From assembly GCF_009914755.1 (NCBI RefSeq), contig NC_060941.1: a DNA stretch of 64,000 bases; one strand, written 5' to 3'. The position numbers and the translations under genes are program-made. How positions within the stretch are numbered: position 1 is the stretch's first letter; every line of letters starts with the position of its first letter. Positions 41,724 through 64,000 of the stretch are shown here, in pieces. This DNA is from the human T2T-CHM13v2.0 reference genome, Homo sapiens. The notes under the pieces are model-generated. The model had not been told where the DNA came from. It saw only the letters and a list, made by a program, of their open reading frames with translations, and searched no databases.

Positions 41724-42288
41724 TGAATTTGCAGAGTTCTGATTAATGAAGTTTTGTTCTTTCACTGTGCCCTGTAATTCAGTAATTCTGTAATTCAGTT
41801 CAGATACAGATAGTGCTGAGTCAGGTTGGGGTCTCTACTATTGCTACCCCTCTCCAGTCACCCCCTGTTTGCAGAAGAGTAGGGAATGGCCTGGACTTGG
41901 GATTTGGCATAGGAGGGTCTGGCATCAAACCATGGTTCTGATGCTTTACTGGCCAAGTGATCGAGTGATCTTTCATTCCCCAAGCACTTATTGAGGGCCA
42001 GCACTGGGTTGGTGCTGGAAAGACAAAGATAAATAGGACACAATTTCCTCCCTTCCTCCTTTTCTTTTTTCTTTTCTTTTCTCTTCTCTTCTTTTCTTTT
42101 TTTCTCTCTCTCCCTCTTTCTTTTACTGAGGAGTTCTTTTAACTATGTCAATCAGAAAAATATAAAGTATTCAGAATAATAAAATGAACACCCATGATAA
42201 GAACATCCCGCTTAAGACATAAAGCGGCTGAGTGTGGTGGCTCACCCCTGTAATCCCAGGATTTTGGGAGGCCGAGGTGGGCAGATCA

Positions 42289-42715
<427 letters not shown>

Positions 42716-43032
42716 TAGTAGAGATGGGATTTCACCGTGTTAGCCAGAATGGTCTCGATCTCCTGACCTGTGATCCGCCTGCCTCGGCCTCCCAAACTGC
42801 TGGGATTACAGGCATGAGCCACCGCGCCCGGCCTCTTATTATTTTTTTAACTTTTAGAGACAGAGTCTCACTCTGTTGCCCAGACTGAAGTGAAGTGGCT
42901 TGATCACAGCTCAGTGCAATCTCCAACTCCTGAGCTCAAGCAATCCTCCAGTGTCAGCCTCCTGAGTAGCTAGGACTACAGGTACACACTACCAAGCCTG
43001 GTTAATTTTTAAATTTTTTTTTTTTTTTTTGA

Positions 43033-43182
<150 letters not shown>

Positions 43183-43233
43183 TAGTAGAGACGGGGTTTC
43201 ACAGTGTTAGCCATTATGGTCTCGGTCTCCTGA

Positions 43234-43849
<616 letters not shown>

Positions 43850-44511
43850 TAGGTATGTATACTTAAATAATATGTAGTCTTAAGCACTTTAAAAATTTTT
43901 ATGAATCATACTACCAAAATCTTATAACTTGCTGCTTACTTAAAACGTTTTAAGATTTATTTATGTGGGCGGGGCACAGTGGCTCACGCCTGTAATCCCA
44001 GCACTTTGGGAGGCTGAGGAGGGTGGACCACCTGAGGTCGGGAGTTAGAGACCAGCCTGGCCAACATGGAGAAACCCCATCTCTACTAAAAATACAAAAA
44101 TTAGCCGGGCATGGTGGCACGTGCCTGTAGTCTGAAGGAGGCTGAAACAGGAGGATCGCTTGAACCCGGGAGGCGGAGGTTGCAGTGAGCCAAGATCACG
44201 CCACCGCACGTCAGCCTGGGTGACAAAGGGAGACTCTGTCTCAAAAAAAAAAAAAAAGATTTATTTATGTGATACATGTAGCTCCATTCATTCGTCTTTG
44301 TTCTTTGTCTTATTTTATATTAAGGGTAATTTTTTTATGGAAGTATACAACATTTATACAAAAAAAGTAGATAAATAGTAAGTGTACAGCTTAATGAATT
44401 TTCATAGTCAACACACCTATGTAACCACACCCAATGAAGACACAACTGGCCAGGAATGGTGGCTCATGCCTGTAGTCCCATCACTTTTCGGGGACCAAGG
44501 TAGGCAGATCA

Positions 44512-44724
<213 letters not shown>

Positions 44725-45685
44725 TCATCTCACAAAAGAAACAAAGAAAAAGAGAAACAACTCTGTCTGTACTCAGAACCAGCCAAGCCCTGTTTTTTTT
44801 TGTTGTTGTTGTTTTTGAGACAGAGTCTAGCTCTGTCACCCAGGCTGGAGTGCAATCGCACGATCTCGGCTCTCAGCTCACTATAACCTCTGCCTCCCAG
44901 GTTTAAGAGATTCTTCTGCCTCAGCCTCCTGAGTAGCTGGGACTACAGGCGTGCACCACCACGCCCAGCTCATTTTTGTGTTTTTAGTAGAGACAGGGTT
45001 TCACCATGTTGGCCAGGCTGGACTCGAACTCTTAACCTCAGGTGGTCTGCCTGCCTTGGCCTCCCAAAGTGCTGGGATTACAGGCATAAGCCACTGTGCC
45101 CAGCCCCAAGTCCTGTTTTTAATAACTGTTCCCCAAGGTAACCTCCATCCTGACCCCTAACATAGATTAGTTGGCTGTTTTGGAATTTTCTATGAAAATA
45201 AACATGCTATATGTACCCCTTTGGTGCTCAGTTTCTTTCCTTCAACATTATATCTGTGAGATTTATCCATGTTGTTATGAGTAGTAGCTGTTCATTCTTT
45301 TTCATTGCTGTATAATATTCCATTGAATTAATAAACTAAAGTGCCTTCATTCATTCTGCTGCTGCTGGACATTTGGGTTGCTTCCAGTTTGGGGTTATTA
45401 TGTATGATTAGTGTTTCTATGAAAATTATTTTACATGTTTTTTGGTACACATGTGCATGCATTCCTCTTGAGTTTATATCTAGGATTGGAGTTGCTGGGT
45501 CATACTATATAAATATATTCAATTTTAACAGAAAATGTTAAATGGTTTTCCACCCTCACCAGTTCAGTATGAGAATTCCTTTGCTCCACGTACTTGGCCC
45601 ACACTTGGTGTTGACTGCTTTTTTCATTTTAGCCATTCTAGTGGAGATGGACTTCCTTGTTTTGTTTTGTTTTGTTTTGTTTTGA

Positions 45686-45847
<162 letters not shown>

Positions 45848-46001
45848 TAGAGACGGGGTTTCTCCATGTTGGTCAGGCTGGTCTGGAACTCCTGACCTCA
45901 GGTGATCTGCCCTCCTCAGCCTCCCAAAGTGCTGGGATTACAGGGGTGAGCCACCTCTCCCAGCCCAACTTCCCTGTTTTAAGTTAAATTTATTGTGCTA
46001 A

Positions 46002-46178
<177 letters not shown>

Positions 46179-47193
46179 TAATTTTTGTGTTTCTAGTAGA
46201 TTGGGTTTCACGATGTTGACCAGGCTGGTCTCGAACTCCTGACCTCAAGCAATCTGCCAGCCTTGACCTCCCAAATGGCTGGGATTACAGGCATGAGCCA
46301 CCAAGTCAGGCCTTTATATCATCTTCTTTTTTTACCTACATATCAACTCCATGAGGAAGGTATTGCTGTTAACCCTGTTTTACAGATGGGAAACTGAACT
46401 TAAAGTTAGGGAACTTCAAGGCCACATAGTGAGGGCTAGTGCAGAACCTCCAGGCTTTACTGTCCCTATTGCTGTGGTCTGTGCCATCTGGTAGTGGTGG
46501 AGGGGGTCCCACGAAGACAAATTACTGGAAGCCGATGACACAAATACAGTAACTGGGATATTATTCGAGGTGCACTGGGGGCCCCAAAGCCGAATGAGAT
46601 GAATTCCACTGCACGGGCTGGAAGGAGTCACAGAGAAGGCCTGGATTGAACTGAATCTTTGGACAAATTTAGAGTGATAGTACCCATCTCTGATGGTCCT
46701 AGTGAGGATTTAAGGTGCTTTAAGCATTAGGTAAAGCTCCTGGTACTCGCACATAGCGGGTGCTCAGTGAAGGGCTGTTGAAGGAATTAGTGAACGCATG
46801 TAGGATCAGGAGACCTATGCACAGTTATGGTCTTTCCTGGAGCCAGGGGATGGACAAAATGACCTCTCTAGGCCTCTTTCGTCCTGAGTTTGAGTAGGTC
46901 AGGGGAAAGCCTAGGGTAAAGGGCCAGCTCCACTAGCCCAGGCAGGGAATGACTCCCCCTGCCCAGCCCCTATGACTAAGGGGCTGTGAGAGCAACTCCT
47001 TTCTAGACAAGGAAGAAATAATGTCACAGGGCATTGTCTGCGCTGCTCCCCAGCACCCTGTTACCCCTTCTCCAGCTCTACCCTGAGCTCTGGATCCAGC
47101 AGAAGGAACTGAAGTCTAGGACCCACAACCCCCAGAAAAAGGCCCAGGCAGGGGGATGGGCTGGGGAGGTGTGTGTTTGTTTTGAAAGCCTGT

Positions 47194-47304
47194 AGAGGAG
47201 GAGGAGGAGGGGGAGGAGAGGGAGATGGGGTGGAGGAGAGTAGGAGGTGGAGGAGAGGAGGAGGAGGAGGAGGAGAGGGAGATGGGGTGGAGGAGAGGGG
47301 TAGG
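47194..47304 (+). repeat. GA-rich polypurine tract with a ~57-bp tandem duplication
   Basis: ggagagggagatggggtggaggagag occurs at 47215 and 47272. Confidence 0.9.
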
Positions 47305-47889
47305 ATTAATTTGCAGCTTAGATTTTAGGGCCAAGGATTGAAGCCTCTTCCTGCACTCCTCCCCTCCTCCACTTGGCATTATCCCAAGGAGTTGCCTTGG
47401 GGCTTCCGTGATGGCGACGGGAATGCGGGGAAGTTGAGGGCCTGGGAGCCCGAGGCCAGATGGAGGCAAAGAGGAGTGAGGCTGCTCACAGACCCTGGTG
47501 GGCTGGGTTCTGGAAGAAAACCATGGGCTGACCAGCTCCAGGGCCTGGCTGAGCCTCAGCCAGGTTCTGCCAGAGCTGGCTCAACAGCGGCACCTGCCGG
47601 CTGGGGCCCTCTCTGCGGGGAAGGGCTCCTCCACCGCCCTGGGAGCCCCGCGGGTGAGTCGCTCCTGGCCTGGCTCTGTGGCCTCCCCAGAGGTCAGATC
47701 AGGAAATGTTGCGAGCCGAGGAATGTTCTGAAGCGGAGGGCCTCTGCCCTTCTGGCCTCCACCTGTGCCCCTAACACTACCCTGTTCACCCAGGACACTA
47801 ACCGAGGGCCAGGGCTGGGGGAAAAAGAGTAGGATGAAGGCCACTCACTTTAGGGAGGTTCCTGGTTTGGGTAGTTATTATTATTATTA

Positions 47890-55823
<7,934 letters not shown>

Positions 55824-55837
55824 CTCTGCCATTTTCT

Positions 55838-55945
55838 TGACCTTGGATATGTCACTAAGCCTCTCAGCGCCCCAGTCTCCGCATCTTAATGAAATAATGG
55901 GACTAGTAACACCAACCTAAATGTATTGCCACAAGGATGAAACTA
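55838..55945. mobile_element. MIR fragment (the L1PB insertion target)
   Basis: tgaccttggatatgtcactaagcctctcagcgccccagtctccgcatc...aatggg resembles the MIR core. Confidence 0.6.
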
Positions 55946-56089
55946 ACAAGACCCTTTCACAGGCCCAGTGCCTGGTGTTCAGCGGGTCTTCGATAATTGT
56001 TCCTTCTGTTAGCATTCATTAAACACCTACTGTGTACCAGATGCCAGGTTGTGCTCCCCTAGCCCCAAGAATGGACCTAGGTTTTCTAG

Positions 56090-64000
<7,911 letters not shown>

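Noticed and set aside
47338-47832. 164-aa ORF
   Set aside because: It starts at TTG, has a GC-driven composition and shows no recognisable homology.

Overview
This is primate (human-type) genomic DNA from the HEXIM1-HEXIM2 tandem paralogue locus (human 17q21.31, from recall). It opens with the last 48 codons and the ~1.8 kb 3'UTR of HEXIM1. The complete HEXIM2 gene follows: a CpG-island promoter at ~10.5-11.9 kb, coding exons 12679-12744 and 18912-19706 (286 aa, with the 7SK-binding basic motif, PYNT and the coiled coil), and a poly(A) signal at 19908. The remaining ~44 kb has no protein-coding gene I can support. It is extremely Alu-dense (roughly 110-120 Alu copies or arms in the whole window, counted by eye) and also holds L1PB, older L1M, L2, MIR, MLT1/MST LTR and hAT MER fragments plus several microsatellites. 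Nearly all other ORFs in the supplied track are Alu, L1, simple-repeat or GC-shadow artefacts. I found no convincing novel multi-gene system. The best second-look items are: (i) a splice-controlled switch between an N-terminally extended HEXIM2 and a uORF; (ii) a head-to-head Alu pair in the HEXIM2 intron with shared private variants and cross-matched TSDs, suggesting a past inversion or conversion; (iii) a predicted spliced antisense RNA entering HEXIM2 from downstream; (iv) a ~440 bp (AAAG)n expansion of an Alu tail; (v) several templated-insertion scars. Repeat boundaries and subfamily calls were made by eye and are approximate.
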